The notes beneath the pieces were generated by a model. It worked only from the letters and a program-made list of their open reading frames with translations. It did not search any database and had not been told where the DNA came from. A stretch of 64,000 nt of DNA from Anaerolineae bacterium (GTDB lineage Bacteria; Chloroflexota; Anaerolineae; UBA1429): assembly GCA_963675785.1 (NCBI GenBank), contig OY776562.1, positions 3,008,001 through 3,072,000 of the forward strand. Direction: 5' to 3'. Positions 1 to 10,668 of the stretch are shown here, piece after piece (the first letter of the stretch is position 1; each line of letters starts with the position of its first letter). The position numbers and the translations under genes are program-made.

Positions 1-1223
1 CCAGCACCTATCCGAATTCTGCCAGCGCTCCTGAGGCCTTATGGCTGGCTGCCGAGGAGCTACAGGATGCAGGCGAGTGGTACGACGCGGCGCTGGTTTA
101 TCAGACCTTACGCTTGACCTATCCTACAGATAGTGGCGCCCCAGAAGCCCTTTTTCAGCAAGGTCTTTGCCTATATGTGGATGGGCAATATGAGCTGGCG
201 CGAGACGTATGGGCTGGATTGTTGGATGCGCAGACCTCTGCCGAAGACAGAGTTAGGACACTGACCTGGTTGGGCAAAGTCTATCAGCAGCTTGGCGATG
301 CCGAACTGGCGCAACTATACTGGGCGCACGCTGTTGCCGAGGCTCCCCAAGATTATTACGGGCTTCGTGCGGCTGATTTGCTGAATGGCGCCAGCATGTT
401 TCTGGATGTTATAGCTTCAGAAGCACTTGTTGATACGACAGTAAACGAAACAGATTGGGACGAGTTGGAAAGTTGGTTGGTCTCGTGGGCTGGGGCTGAG
501 CAGGTTGAAGAGACCGCGGTCGATGTCGATCCTCTGGCAGATGCTGATGCCTTGTGGTCCCTGGGGCTGCATGATGCTGCTGTCGACGAGTATGTCAGCT
601 ATCGGCAATCTATCTCGGATGATCCCTACGCGCTGCTGGCCTTTTTGGAACATGTCTACGATTTGGACGTTTACCAGATGAGCATTTGGACGGCCACGCG
701 CTTACAGGCATTGGCGGAATTGCAGGGGGTTGAGGTTCCCCAAACGATTCAGTTGTTGGCCTATCCCATCTACTATGGCGAGCTCATTTCGGCCACTGCT
801 GCCGAGTGGGACGTAGACCCCCTGTTATTCATGGCCTTGGTGCGGCAAGAGAGCCGTTTTGATGCCCAGGCCATCTCTTGGGCGGGGGCTATCGGCCTAA
901 CTCAAGTAATGCCAACAACGGGAGAGTGGATCGCGACGAAACTCGGCGATTCAACCTATTCCTCTGAGCTTCTCACACGCCCGGTCTATGCCGTCCCTTA
1001 CGGCATTTACTATATTGCTTTCACGCTGGATCTGTTTGACTATCACTGGCCGGCTGCTCTTGCAGCTTATAATGCCGGGCCGGGAAACGTGGGTAATTGG
1101 GACGATGCCTGGGGGCTGGATGATCTGGATCTATTCTATGAGATGGTTCCTCTGGATGAAACTCAACTGTATATGAATCTCATCTATGCCAACTATCGTA
1201 TCTATCAACAGCTTTATGATTGA
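1..1223 (+). CDS. TPR-containing soluble lytic transglycosylase (Slt family), 5'-truncated
   Basis: Frame is open from nt 3 (STYPNSASAPEALW...). TPR-like helices precede SLT motifs RQESRF, AIGLTQVMP, AAYNAGPG and ETQLY. Confidence 0.9.
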   Translation, partial: STYPNSASAPEALWLAAEELQDAGEWYDAALVYQTLRLTYPTDSGAPEALFQQGLCLYVDGQYELARDVWAGLLDAQTSAEDRVRTLTWLGKVYQQLGDAELAQLYWAHAVAEAPQDYYGLRAADLLNGASMFLDVIASEALVDTTVNETDWDELESWLVSWAGAEQVEETAVDVDPLADADALWSLGLHDAAVDEYVSYRQSISDDPYALLAFLEHVYDLDVYQMSIWTATRLQALAELQGVEVPQTIQLLAYPIYYGELISATAAEWDVDPLLFMALVRQESRFDAQAISWAGAIGLTQVMPTTGEWIATKLGDSTYSSELLTRPVYAVPYGIYYIAFTLDLFDYHWPAALAAYNAGPGNVGNWDDAWGLDDLDLFYEMVPLDETQLYMNLIYANYRIYQQLYD

Positions 1224-1232
1224 CACAAATGC

Positions 1233-1262
1233 AAGAGCCGCCCCGGGAGGGGCGGCTCTTTT
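1233..1262. terminator. Intrinsic terminator between convergent genes
   Basis: Perfect hairpin aagagccgcccc-ggga-ggggcggctctt plus T tail. Confidence 0.8.
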
Positions 1263-1265
1263 CAT

Positions 1266-3863
1266 TTAGGCCAGGGTGATAGTGAGGACAGATCCCCGCT
1301 CCAGATTCAGTTCTTTACTGAATATCAGTTTGCTCGATTCCGCGACGTTTGGGCTGCATGGTATGCTTTGGCCGTCTACTGTAGCGGTGCATCCAGCTGC
1401 GATGAACCCCGTTCCCAGTGCTTTGAGCTGCTGCTCACCGTACAATACCTCCAGTTTCACCAATGCATTCCCGGGTTGACCGCTTTGCTCATAAGTGCCC
1501 CAGGCAGTGCCGGTGGACCAGAAACATTTGAAATCATCTGCGTACAGCACCGGGTCAAAACCGAGGTAGCCTATTGTGGCGTCATAACTCATGCCAGATA
1601 GCGCTGTGAGCAGCCCCCATGAGGCCATTGAGCGAGCATAGTGGCTGCCGCACTCGAACTCGTTCCAAGGGTTTCGACGTTTGCCATCATGTCTGGCACG
1701 TACACCTTGAGCAATCGCCAAACCTTCATCGACCATGCCGCAATAGATCAGATGACTGGCTACCTGGTATTCAATGCCGCAGAAAACCTCATCTGAGTAG
1801 ACGAAAGGCAGTGCAGGGCGCTCACCATGTGGCCATGAGCAGGTGGTCAGGCCTTGCTCATCGTTGAGGGCAAAAATCCGTTGGGGGTTGGCATGTTCCC
1901 AAAAGTCGGTCTTCCAGTTGTAGCGAAATATGGATGCCAAAGCTGCTTGCTCGTGAGCGGGATCGAGCATGGGGCCCAGGCCAGCGATGCGGGCCATCCA
2001 CTGGCCCAGCAGCTGATCTGAAAGACAGCCCTTGCCGTACTGGTAGCGAGCTTCCGAGGCATCGACCTCTTGCTCATAGTATTCGCCGTTAAAAAGACGA
2101 GCATCCAAGTATTTGCGGCCATTTTCATACAAGCGTAGATATTCATTGGCTAGGGCTTGATCGCCGAGATAGTCGGCAATGTGCGATCCGGCCAGCAAGG
2201 CACCGAGATAGCAGGTACCGGTCATCGTGTTGGGGCCCTCAAACTCGATGTCATAGGTGTTATGCTGAGTTCCCTCCATGACGCCGTCTTTATTGGCATC
2301 CCACTGCTGCCAGGCAAATTCGAGCGCTTGCTGGGCCTTGGGCCATTGTTCGGCCAGCCAGACGTCGTCGCCGCTGAGCTTCCAGTCACGATACAGCTTG
2401 ATGAGCCCACCCATTTGGCCATCGGCGGCGGCGTGAAAATTATGCATAGGGCTGCCCAAGGGAAGTTGGAGACGAAAACTCATGTGGCCATCTTTGCGAA
2501 GGTTGTAGGTATAATCGGCGCTGCGCATGGAGCGTTCAAGCGAGGGGAACAGAAATGCTTGCGTCTGGGCATAGTTCCAGACGTGAGTGCAAGAACCCTG
2601 GCAGCAACCGCCGCCAGCGCAGCAGCCTTCAAAACCGTAAAAAGTACCGTTCTCCAGACGAACCACAGTAGGCGTGTGCAACGTCGAGGCCTGACTGGAT
2701 ACGGCATCTAGAACATGTGCCGGCAGCTTGGAGGAAAAGAGTGCGGCGTGAAAACGCCTGGTTTCCTCATCGAGGCGGACGTCGTTTTCGGCATAGTGCC
2801 GAGCTACGTCCTTGGCATCCGTCCAAAGACTGGCGTAATAGTTCTTCCAGACCGGTTCCGTCGGTAGTTCGATATTCTCAATGTTGGGCAGCGCGTCCCA
2901 GTAACGGCAAAAATTGGGCATGTACCAGCTAATAAAGATGGGCAAGGTGACGCTCTCACCCGGGGCAATGTTGGCGCGCAGCCAAAGGCTGCCCACATCA
3001 CTCTTGCCCTCGTCAGAAGGACCATATTCTCGTGCTGGCAGTTCTCCAGAAGCAGCAAAGTGATCCCAAAAGCTGTGCATGGAATCGTACCAGGGGCCGC
3101 GCAGCCAGTAAGATTGGTACCCCACATCCTGCCATGTTGTGGAGAGGGCCATGCTGCCAAAATATCTTGAAAAAGTCTCGTACTTGTTACTAGTCATAGA
3201 CAGGCCGCGGACGTTTCCCTGATCATAATAGGCATTGACATTCTGTCCCTGTCCTTTGCCATCGAAATGGCCCGTGCCAGGATAACCGACAGCGTTGTAT
3301 AGATTCCCCGCCAATGAGACCTCTACGGGTACGGCCTGTGTGTTGGTGATGGTATAGCGCAGTACGGCAATGGGCATGCCGGATTCATCCGGATTGAGGG
3401 GAATAAAGGGACTGTGAGCCGCCAGTCGCACTTGAACGGGAAGTACAGGATCGACAAAGCGAATCCAGGCGTAAGGGAACTCGCCCATGAACTCTGCCTT
3501 GCGCATTTGCGGAAACCCCGAGCCATCCATGCGCGAGATGCCAAATCCGAGGCCGGCATAATCCTGGCTGCCTACACCCGTGAAAGGCGGATTGGGTGGT
3601 GCCTGCAAGACGCGTGTTACTGGTGTCTTGTCCTGCTCTTTGGCCCATAGCGTGAAAAAGGTATAGGGAAGTAAAGAACCTTTGTTAGGCCTGTTGAAAA
3701 TCTCCCAATCAACCAAAGATCCTCGGCCAGATAGCGAGACACAACCAGCGCCAATTCCACCGAGCGGAAAGGCGATTTGGCTAAGGTACTCGCCAGTATA
3801 TGTTTTAGGGCGCCCCAATGAGCGTAGTGCATCACTGTCTAGCCCGATCGAAAGCGTTGTCAT
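1266..3863 (-). CDS. GH116 glycoside hydrolase (non-lysosomal glucosylceramidase/beta-glucosidase family)
   Basis: N-terminal FPLGGIGAG and DWEIFNRP; GSCTHVWNY, HNTYDIEF, DQLLGQW, NPWNEFECGSHYARSMASW. Confidence 0.9.
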   Translation of the reverse strand: MTTLSIGLDSDALRSLGRPKTYTGEYLSQIAFPLGGIGAGCVSLSGRGSLVDWEIFNRPNKGSLLPYTFFTLWAKEQDKTPVTRVLQAPPNPPFTGVGSQDYAGLGFGISRMDGSGFPQMRKAEFMGEFPYAWIRFVDPVLPVQVRLAAHSPFIPLNPDESGMPIAVLRYTITNTQAVPVEVSLAGNLYNAVGYPGTGHFDGKGQGQNVNAYYDQGNVRGLSMTSNKYETFSRYFGSMALSTTWQDVGYQSYWLRGPWYDSMHSFWDHFAASGELPAREYGPSDEGKSDVGSLWLRANIAPGESVTLPIFISWYMPNFCRYWDALPNIENIELPTEPVWKNYYASLWTDAKDVARHYAENDVRLDEETRRFHAALFSSKLPAHVLDAVSSQASTLHTPTVVRLENGTFYGFEGCCAGGGCCQGSCTHVWNYAQTQAFLFPSLERSMRSADYTYNLRKDGHMSFRLQLPLGSPMHNFHAAADGQMGGLIKLYRDWKLSGDDVWLAEQWPKAQQALEFAWQQWDANKDGVMEGTQHNTYDIEFEGPNTMTGTCYLGALLAGSHIADYLGDQALANEYLRLYENGRKYLDARLFNGEYYEQEVDASEARYQYGKGCLSDQLLGQWMARIAGLGPMLDPAHEQAALASIFRYNWKTDFWEHANPQRIFALNDEQGLTTCSWPHGERPALPFVYSDEVFCGIEYQVASHLIYCGMVDEGLAIAQGVRARHDGKRRNPWNEFECGSHYARSMASWGLLTALSGMSYDATIGYLGFDPVLYADDFKCFWSTGTAWGTYEQSGQPGNALVKLEVLYGEQQLKALGTGFIAAGCTATVDGQSIPCSPNVAESSKLIFSKELNLERGSVLTITLA

Positions 3864-3935
3864 CCCAATTCCTCCTCATCTCATTCGGGTCCATCTAACT
3901 TGTTTGCCAGGGTGGTGTCAAGCCTCTCAGAGCCA

Positions 3936-3964
3936 TTGACCAAAAGTGTATCTATCCGTAGAAT
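3936..3964 (+). promoter_or_regulatory. sigma70-type promoter for the epimerase gene
   Basis: TTGACC-17 nt-TAGAAT. Confidence 0.65.
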
Positions 3965-3990
3965 GGCCAAAATGCCATTCACTTTGAGGG

Positions 3991-4968
3991 GTGACTGTGA
4001 AAGCACTAATTACCGGGGGTTGCGGTTTTATTGGGAGCCACCTTGCTGAAAAACTGTTGGCGCGTGGCGATTCAGTCTTTGTGGTTGATGACTTGTCAAC
4101 CGGTCGCTTTGAAAACATTGCCCATTTGAGGGGCCACGAGCTTTTTGGCTTTGCCATTGAAGACATTGCCCACGAAAACGTCATGGATCGGCTCATCAGT
4201 GAGTGCGATGTCGTTTTTCACCTCGCTGCGGCCGTAGGTGTAGAGCTTATCGTCAAAGACCCGGTGCATGTTATCGAGACGAACGTCAAAGGGTGCGAAA
4301 CGGTGCTGCGCATCGCTGCCCGTTACCGCAAAAAGGTGATGCTGGCTTCTACATCAGAGGTCTACGGCAAGAGCACAGAGGTGCCCTTTCTGGAGGATGC
4401 CGACCGGGTTCTCGGTCCCACAACCAAGAGCCGTTGGAGTTACGCCTGCTCCAAGGCCATGGACGAATTTTTGGCCCTGGCCTATGCCAAACAGGTGGGT
4501 TTGCCGGTGGTGGTTATGCGCTTTTTTAACACGGTGGGCCCCAGGCAGACGGGCCGATACGGCATGGTGATGCCCCGTTTTGTCCGCCAGGCATTGATGG
4601 GACAACCCATTACGGTATACGGAGACGGGCAGCAATCGCGCTGTTTTTGCCATGTGGGCGATGTGACGAACGCCATCCTGTTGTTGGCTGATGAGCCTAC
4701 GGCTGAAGGCCAGGTGTTCAACGTTGGCAGCACCGAAGAAGTGACCATCCTCCAACTTGCAGAGCATGTGCGCCAGCAATGCCAGGCGAATGTAGATATC
4801 GTTCTTGTGCCCTATGATCAAGCCTACGAAGAGGGATTTGAGGATATGCGTCGCCGGGTACCTTCTATCGAAAAAATAGACCGCTATGTGGGCTGGCACC
4901 CCCGTTTTACGCTTGCTGAAACGATATCAGCTGTGATTGACCATATGAAACATGATATGGCGCAATAA
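3991..4968 (+). CDS. NAD-dependent nucleotide-sugar epimerase/dehydratase (extended SDR)
   Basis: TGGCGFIG Rossmann motif, STSEVYG, YACSK (YxxxK), RFFNTVGPRQ. Confidence 0.92.
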   Translation: MTVKALITGGCGFIGSHLAEKLLARGDSVFVVDDLSTGRFENIAHLRGHELFGFAIEDIAHENVMDRLISECDVVFHLAAAVGVELIVKDPVHVIETNVKGCETVLRIAARYRKKVMLASTSEVYGKSTEVPFLEDADRVLGPTTKSRWSYACSKAMDEFLALAYAKQVGLPVVVMRFFNTVGPRQTGRYGMVMPRFVRQALMGQPITVYGDGQQSRCFCHVGDVTNAILLLADEPTAEGQVFNVGSTEEVTILQLAEHVRQQCQANVDIVLVPYDQAYEEGFEDMRRRVPSIEKIDRYVGWHPRFTLAETISAVIDHMKHDMAQ

Positions 4969-4987
4969 AATGTGGAAAGGCCATGTT

Positions 4988-5015
4988 TTGACAATGCTGG
5001 ACGCCATACCATAAT
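4988..5015 (+). promoter_or_regulatory. sigma70-type promoter, probably giving a leaderless mRNA
   Basis: TTGACA-16 nt-CATAAT; ATG at 5023 lies 7 nt after the -10 box. Confidence 0.6.
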
Positions 5016-5022
5016 GTCTCAC

Positions 5023-6498
5023 ATGGTTAAGAGTGTTATCAAAAAGTGTGCACCTACGCTTCTGACTTTGATGATTATGTTACTTGTGGCTGGTTGTTCT
5101 TCGTCTTTAAGGGGGACAGCTACGCCTGATTATGGGGCGCTGGCAGCAGAGGTACAACAGGCTCTGTCTGCTACATTGACTGCTCAGGCGCCCGTCCCCA
5201 CTATGCCCGCTCCAGTTGCTTTGGATGAAACGCCTGTGCCAAGCGAAACAACGACAGTTGTCGCGACTTTGGCTCAGCCTACGTTGGCCGCAGACGAACA
5301 GATAGCGTATGTTCGTATCGGTGAAGAACAGGCTGCCAATATTATCCTGACGGATTATGATAGATCGGTTGAACAACAGCTCACGCATTTTGTTGAAGAG
5401 CTCAATATGAGTGATTTGTCATGGTCGGCCGATGGTGAGTGGCTTGTTTTTGTGAGTGCTCATGATTACATCCGCAGCCATGACCTGGAACGCAATATCT
5501 TTATTATGCGCGCTGATGGCTCTGAATTGCAGATGGTCACTGGTGATTCAATAGCGGCTGGACAGGCAGCGGGCCCTTTTGTGACGATCTCGGGCACTGT
5601 TGCGGAAGTGGGGGCCGGATGTTTGGTGATGGCTCAAGGAGCAACAAGTGCTGCGTTGACCGACGAGTCTGGTGCCTTTGAATTGACCGGCGTACCTGTT
5701 GGGGCAACTTGGATCAGAGCAGTCTATCCCACAGAGGGGGGCTCTCGCCAGGGAACCGTTGATCTTGTTTTGAGTACAGATTCCAACTCGCCTATCACCA
5801 TTACTCTTGCCGATGCCGGCCAGGGTTGGACCCAGGCCTCCATTTCTCCTGATGGCACGCGCATTGCTGGTTCTCTCTATTCTTGGTCTCTGGTGGACGG
5901 ACAGCGTGCTGTGGAAACTCAGGGCTTGGTCATTGATCTGGAGACGGGTGAAGAGACGATGCTTGATTATGGTACCGAATCAACCATCACCAGCTTGATC
6001 TGGTCTTCAGATGGACAGTCACTTGTTGGAACCTTATATGATGAGTCTGGCGTCTCTATTGTGCAGTGGGATACAACCCTAGCTTCTGCTCAGGAATTGG
6101 TGCGTTTGGATAATCCCGAAGACACCATTTATTCTGCGTTTGACCCAGTGTGGTCAACAGATGGCGCCCGCTTGGCTTTTTCTCTCCGGTCGTGGTATTG
6201 GTGGGGAGAGAACCGTTACAAGAGTGACATTGTGATTTTGGATGTCGCTACGGCTTTGACCACCACAGTGGTTGAAAGCGAGTGGGGTGTGGATGCTCGC
6301 AAGCCTGCCTGGTCTGTGGATGATTCTACCATCTATTATCAGACAAACGAGGCATCGGCTTCGACAGAGGCCAGTGTAGGCCAGACGGGTGTTTGGCGTA
6401 TCACACTGGACGGAAGGGCGCCGGAACATTGGCTTGATGGAGCCGAGGGTTATTTGCCATCGGTCAGGCCCGTTGTTTTATCTCCGTCAGAGGAATAG
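5023..6498 (+). CDS. Lipoprotein with TolB-like (PD40) beta-propeller
   Basis: Lipobox LVAGC, Thr/Pro linker, repeats WSADG, ISPDG, WSSDG, WSTDG, WSVDD. Start chosen at 5023 from promoter position. Confidence 0.75.
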   Translation: MVKSVIKKCAPTLLTLMIMLLVAGCSSSLRGTATPDYGALAAEVQQALSATLTAQAPVPTMPAPVALDETPVPSETTTVVATLAQPTLAADEQIAYVRIGEEQAANIILTDYDRSVEQQLTHFVEELNMSDLSWSADGEWLVFVSAHDYIRSHDLERNIFIMRADGSELQMVTGDSIAAGQAAGPFVTISGTVAEVGAGCLVMAQGATSAALTDESGAFELTGVPVGATWIRAVYPTEGGSRQGTVDLVLSTDSNSPITITLADAGQGWTQASISPDGTRIAGSLYSWSLVDGQRAVETQGLVIDLETGEETMLDYGTESTITSLIWSSDGQSLVGTLYDESGVSIVQWDTTLASAQELVRLDNPEDTIYSAFDPVWSTDGARLAFSLRSWYWWGENRYKSDIVILDVATALTTTVVESEWGVDARKPAWSVDDSTIYYQTNEASASTEASVGQTGVWRITLDGRAPEHWLDGAEGYLPSVRPVVLSPSEE

Positions 6499-6611
6499 AC
6501 ACCATATCTGAAACAGTATTGCTTCTGCGTAATATTCTTTGGAAATGACCCGGTTGTGTAGCGGTGCTATAATGTTACAGCCTCTACCATTATGAAGGAG
6601 ACCCAGCAGGC

Positions 6612-7094
6612 ATGACTCTGCCAGAGAACCTTAATTCGTATATCTCAGCAGCCCTCTTTGTGATGGGCGCCTATTTGCTTGCTCTCTATGTGGGCATGAT
6701 CATTTGGACCTATCGTGATGTCAGCTCGAGGTCACGCGACCTTCTCGCCAGAATTTTGGCCACACTGTTGGTTGCTATCTTTAATGTTCCGGGCATTCTG
6801 GTTTATATGCTGGTTCGACCCCGTACTACGCTGGCCCAGGATTATGAGCAGAGTCTAGCTGAGGAGGCCATGCTGCAGGACCTTGAGGATCGGCGGATTT
6901 GCCCCAACTGTCATCGCCCTGTTCGCGAGGATTACATTGTGTGTCCCGAGTGTCATCAGCATCTGATGACCAAGTGTATGGGTTGCGGACGATTACTCGA
7001 TCCTCGCTGGGACGTGTGCCCCTATTGTGGCCTCTATCAAGAGGGTATTACGGAGAAAATTGAACCGAATGGTGCTGAGGATACAACTGTCTGA
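6612..7094 (+). CDS. Membrane protein with double zinc ribbon
   Basis: Two N-terminal TM helices; four CxxC motifs (CPNC, CPEC, CMGC, CPYC); SD aaggag. Confidence 0.8.
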   Translation: MTLPENLNSYISAALFVMGAYLLALYVGMIIWTYRDVSSRSRDLLARILATLLVAIFNVPGILVYMLVRPRTTLAQDYEQSLAEEAMLQDLEDRRICPNCHRPVREDYIVCPECHQHLMTKCMGCGRLLDPRWDVCPYCGLYQEGITEKIEPNGAEDTTV

Positions 7095-7110
7095 TCGGCA
7101 GAGGAATGTT

Positions 7111-7142
7111 AACGGGCGGAAGCACGCTTCCGCCCGTTTTTA
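7111..7142. terminator. Intrinsic terminator
   Basis: aacgggcggaagc / gcttccgcccgtt hairpin plus T run between convergent genes. Confidence 0.8.
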
Positions 7143-8822
7143 TTATGAGGGATCAATGCGTACATGCGGCCAAATGCCGTGAGCCTTGAGACAGGCGGTT
7201 AGCTCTTGAAGATTCTCTTCACGAACCAGACACACCGTCGGCGAGATGACATGTTCGAGCAAGGGACTTACATCGGGCCAATCTTGAAGGTTCTGCATCG
7301 TTTCTCGATCATCGGTTTCCAAAAGGATGACGCGCCGCACCAGAACGCGGCCAAAACGGCCTCCCCAGGCTCGCAGCGTTTGTCTGACGATATCCGGTAC
7401 CTGACCGCCGGTGATGCGCTCTAAAAAACGCTGAACTCGATCAACGGGGACATTGGCATTTTGTCCCTCCCAAATAGATTCGGCAGTGATGCGCAACACC
7501 GCCTCATCGTCTGTCTGCGCTTCCCACTGGGCAAAACGTTCCAGCTGGTATCGGTCGTAAAGCGTTTGTGCTGTGGGCATGTGTACCCGAAAAGACGCAT
7601 CCAGAATGGCCACTCCCGCTTTTTGTGGGATAGCGCATTCTTTTTTGCCTAATAGTGATGCGGCACCGATTGGCGTCAGCTTGAAGGTTTTACCATCGTC
7701 ACCAAGAGCGACAAACCCCAGCCAGCACAGGGGCTTGCTCAGCATTGCACGAATGGTTGCCCCTTCGATACGTTCCCAGTGTTCAAATCCAGCGAGTAAT
7801 TCGCCCGTTCTAGCATCGTGGATGTGCCAACTCTGCATATCGCCATCGGGCCGAAGTAAGTCCGGATGCTCTAGTTTGATGCGGGCGATGAATTGATCTG
7901 TGCTGATCCATTCGCTTTCGGGTAAACCAGCCAGATATTGTAGGATGATCTCACGTCCGGGGCGGGGGTCGTGTTTCAGGGCGTTTCTGTCGCACTCGAT
8001 GGTTTGGACGAGCTCTAGCTCTCGCCAACTGCCGATTTGCTGCCAGGCACCAAGTAGAGCGGCAGCGCGCTGCGCGTCATCGAACCGCAACCAGTTCCTG
8101 GCTTTGCTGGCGGGCAGCAAACGGCCGTGTTCTGCTTTGACCAGTCCCATCCCCAATACAATCTGCCGTAGCAGACTCAAGCGGCTTGATTCTTGCTCTC
8201 CGAGCAGTCGCCCGCTCAACCGTTCAATTTCTGTATCAATGGCACTGGCAATGCTGACGCGACTGCTGGCGTGCGGCATGTGCTTCCGAACGTTGACGAG
8301 GATGGCCATCATATCCTCCTCAAAGCTGTTACCACAGGTACTGACACGCGATGGTATCGGGCCAGTAATGGAATTCGACAAAGCAAAGGGGAATAGGATT
8401 CTGATATGAGGAAGTAGTTGATCTGCAATGACGAGCTGCTCTTCGACGAGCTGGCCTGTATTGACATAGATTTGAAAGCAAAAGCCCTTGTAGACGAGTT
8501 CTTCGAGTGGGTTTACAGGAAACAGCCAGGGTTGCTCGCGCATCAATCTGGCGCTGCCTAGTTTGCGGATATCGCCATATGCTTGTAGCCGATGCAACGG
8601 CAAGGCACCGCCTTGCTGGCTAATGCGCGTGAGCAGTGTTTGCGCCTGCTCGCTCAGGTCGCTGCTCAGCAGGGTGAGGCGCTCAATGGATAACATGGCG
8701 TCGCCAATGCACTGGGCTTGCTGAATTGGATCGGTTGAGTCCAGCTCAACTTGCCAAACCAGCGCCAGGCCATCTCGAAGGGCACTGTCTAGATTGACGA
8801 TCAGGCGGTATAGATCATTCAT
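7143..8822 (-). CDS. XPB/Ssl2 helicase-associated domain protein (Helicase_C_3-like)
   Basis: C-terminal LERFA...LRITAESI...FLERITGGQVPDIVRQTLRAW pattern; winged-helix-like middle region; SD aggag before MNDLY. Confidence 0.7.
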   Translation of the reverse strand: MNDLYRLIVNLDSALRDGLALVWQVELDSTDPIQQAQCIGDAMLSIERLTLLSSDLSEQAQTLLTRISQQGGALPLHRLQAYGDIRKLGSARLMREQPWLFPVNPLEELVYKGFCFQIYVNTGQLVEEQLVIADQLLPHIRILFPFALSNSITGPIPSRVSTCGNSFEEDMMAILVNVRKHMPHASSRVSIASAIDTEIERLSGRLLGEQESSRLSLLRQIVLGMGLVKAEHGRLLPASKARNWLRFDDAQRAAALLGAWQQIGSWRELELVQTIECDRNALKHDPRPGREIILQYLAGLPESEWISTDQFIARIKLEHPDLLRPDGDMQSWHIHDARTGELLAGFEHWERIEGATIRAMLSKPLCWLGFVALGDDGKTFKLTPIGAASLLGKKECAIPQKAGVAILDASFRVHMPTAQTLYDRYQLERFAQWEAQTDDEAVLRITAESIWEGQNANVPVDRVQRFLERITGGQVPDIVRQTLRAWGGRFGRVLVRRVILLETDDRETMQNLQDWPDVSPLLEHVISPTVCLVREENLQELTACLKAHGIWPHVRIDPS

Positions 8823-8956
8823 TCTTTCTCCTACCTGATTATGCCATTGCTTGCCAAGTGCGGCAATAGACCAACTCGTTTGACCCATTCTTCTGCTGGG
8901 TGTTATAGTCAGAAATCATGATGGAATCAGCCCTTTGTTTTGGGAGGAATGCACAT

Positions 8957-10627
8957 ATGTTCAAGTATGCCCTGGGTGTTGATTACGGTACCGAGTCTGC
9001 ACGCGCGGTATTAGTCAACCTTGCAGATGGCTCTGAGGTGGCTGAGGCTGTTTTCTCTTATCCTGATGGCGTTATCGACGAAAAACTCCCGGGGACCGAT
9101 GTGCGGCTAGAGCCAGACTGGGCTCTGCAGAATCCCAATGATTATGTGGCGGCGTTTGTCGCTACAGTCTCTGCGGTCGTCAAAAAATCGGGTGTGCATC
9201 GCCGTGACATCGTTGGCATTGGCGTGGATTTCACAGCCTGCACCATGTTACCTACTTTGATTGATGGTACACCCCTCTGTAACGTGCCCGAACTACATGG
9301 TAATCCCCATGCTTGGGTCAAACTGTGGAAGCATCATGCGGCCCAATCAGAGGCGGATGAGATCAACGAATTGGCGCGCCGCAGAAACGAACCCTGGCTG
9401 GCACGATACGGCGGCAAGATATCATCCGAGTGGTTCTTCCCCAAGGCACTGCAGATTTTGCATGAGGCCCCTGATGTTTATGAACGGGCTGACCGCTTTA
9501 TTGAGGCGGCTGATTGGATCATCTGGCAGCTGACGGGAGTGGAGACTCGTAACTCTTGTACTGCCGGATACAAAGCTATTTGGTCCAAAAAAGATGGGTT
9601 CCCCTCCCCCGACTTTTTTGGTGCGCTAGATCCGCGCATGCGCCATATTGTGACCGAGAAAATGTCCGAGGACATCCTTCCTCTTGGTTCTTGGGCAGGC
9701 GGTTTGACCGCAAAGATGGCCGAGGCCACTGGACTTTGTCCGGGAACGGCTGTGGCAGTGGCCAATGTCGATGCTCACGTGGCTGTACCGGCCGCGACCG
9801 TCACTGAGACTGGGCGCATGGTCATGATTATGGGTACATCGACGTGCCACATGGTGATGGGAGACCAGGTTGCCATGGTGCCGGGGATGTGCGGCGTCGT
9901 TGAGGACGGCATTCTCCCCAATCTGTACGGCTATGAGGCCGGCCAATCTTGCGTTGGCGACCACTTTGCCTGGTTTGTTGATAATTGTGTGCCTGCTGCC
10001 TATCAGCAAGAGGCGGTGGATCTGGGCGTGAGTATCCACCAGCTTCTTGAGCAAAAAGCCTCCAAGGCCAAGCCGGGAGAATCAGGATTGTTAGCCTTGG
10101 ACTGGTGGAACGGCAACCGTTCGGTGCTGGTGGATGTGGACCTTACAGGGCTACTCATTGGACAAACGCTGGCCACGCGCCCCGAAGAGATTTACCGTGC
10201 GCTAATCGAAGCTACGGCTTATGGCACGCGTATCATCATCGAGACTTTTGAGGAAAACGGTGTGCCCGTGCGCGAGATTGTGGCGGCAGGCGGCTTGCCT
10301 GAACGCAATCGTATGCTTATGCAGATTTATGCGGATGTAACCGGGCGTGAATTTAAGGTAATCGGTACCACTCAGGCGGGCGCTTTGGGTTCCGCCATGC
10401 ATGGCGCCGTCGCTGCTGGCGCTGCGGCAGGCGGATATGAGAGCATCATCGATGCCGCGAAAAAGATGGCTCACATCAAAGAGGAAAGCTATGTGCCCAT
10501 CCCAGAGAACAGTCGGGTGTACGATAGTCTCTATAAGGAATATGTGCTGTTGCACGATTATTTCGGACGCGGAGCCAACGATGTAATGAAGCGGCTCAAA
10601 CGCATCAAAGCAGAGGCTATGGACTAA
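8957..10627 (+). CDS. araB: L-ribulokinase
   Basis: [34 protein letters not shown]; SD gggagg. Confidence 0.93.
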   Translation: MFKYALGVDYGTESARAVLVNLADGSEVAEAVFSYPDGVIDEKLPGTDVRLEPDWALQNPNDYVAAFVATVSAVVKKSGVHRRDIVGIGVDFTACTMLPTLIDGTPLCNVPELHGNPHAWVKLWKHHAAQSEADEINELARRRNEPWLARYGGKISSEWFFPKALQILHEAPDVYERADRFIEAADWIIWQLTGVETRNSCTAGYKAIWSKKDGFPSPDFFGALDPRMRHIVTEKMSEDILPLGSWAGGLTAKMAEATGLCPGTAVAVANVDAHVAVPAATVTETGRMVMIMGTSTCHMVMGDQVAMVPGMCGVVEDGILPNLYGYEAGQSCVGDHFAWFVDNCVPAAYQQEAVDLGVSIHQLLEQKASKAKPGESGLLALDWWNGNRSVLVDVDLTGLLIGQTLATRPEEIYRALIEATAYGTRIIIETFEENGVPVREIVAAGGLPERNRMLMQIYADVTGREFKVIGTTQAGALGSAMHGAVAAGAAAGGYESIIDAAKKMAHIKEESYVPIPENSRVYDSLYKEYVLLHDYFGRGANDVMKRLKRIKAEAMD

Positions 10628-10639
10628 CGGGCAAAACGC

Positions 10640-10668
10640 GGGGCAGCCAAAAGGCTGCCCCTTTTTTT
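10640..10668 (+). terminator. Intrinsic terminator of araB
   Basis: ggggcagcc-aaaa-ggctgcccc followed by T7. Confidence 0.85.

Noticed and set aside
8823-8888. Extended N-termini in the ORF track (also 14219, 15915, 16384, 21063, 35174, 38557, 61475)
   Set aside because: Downstream starts generally have better SD motifs and match family N-termini, so coordinates were trimmed.
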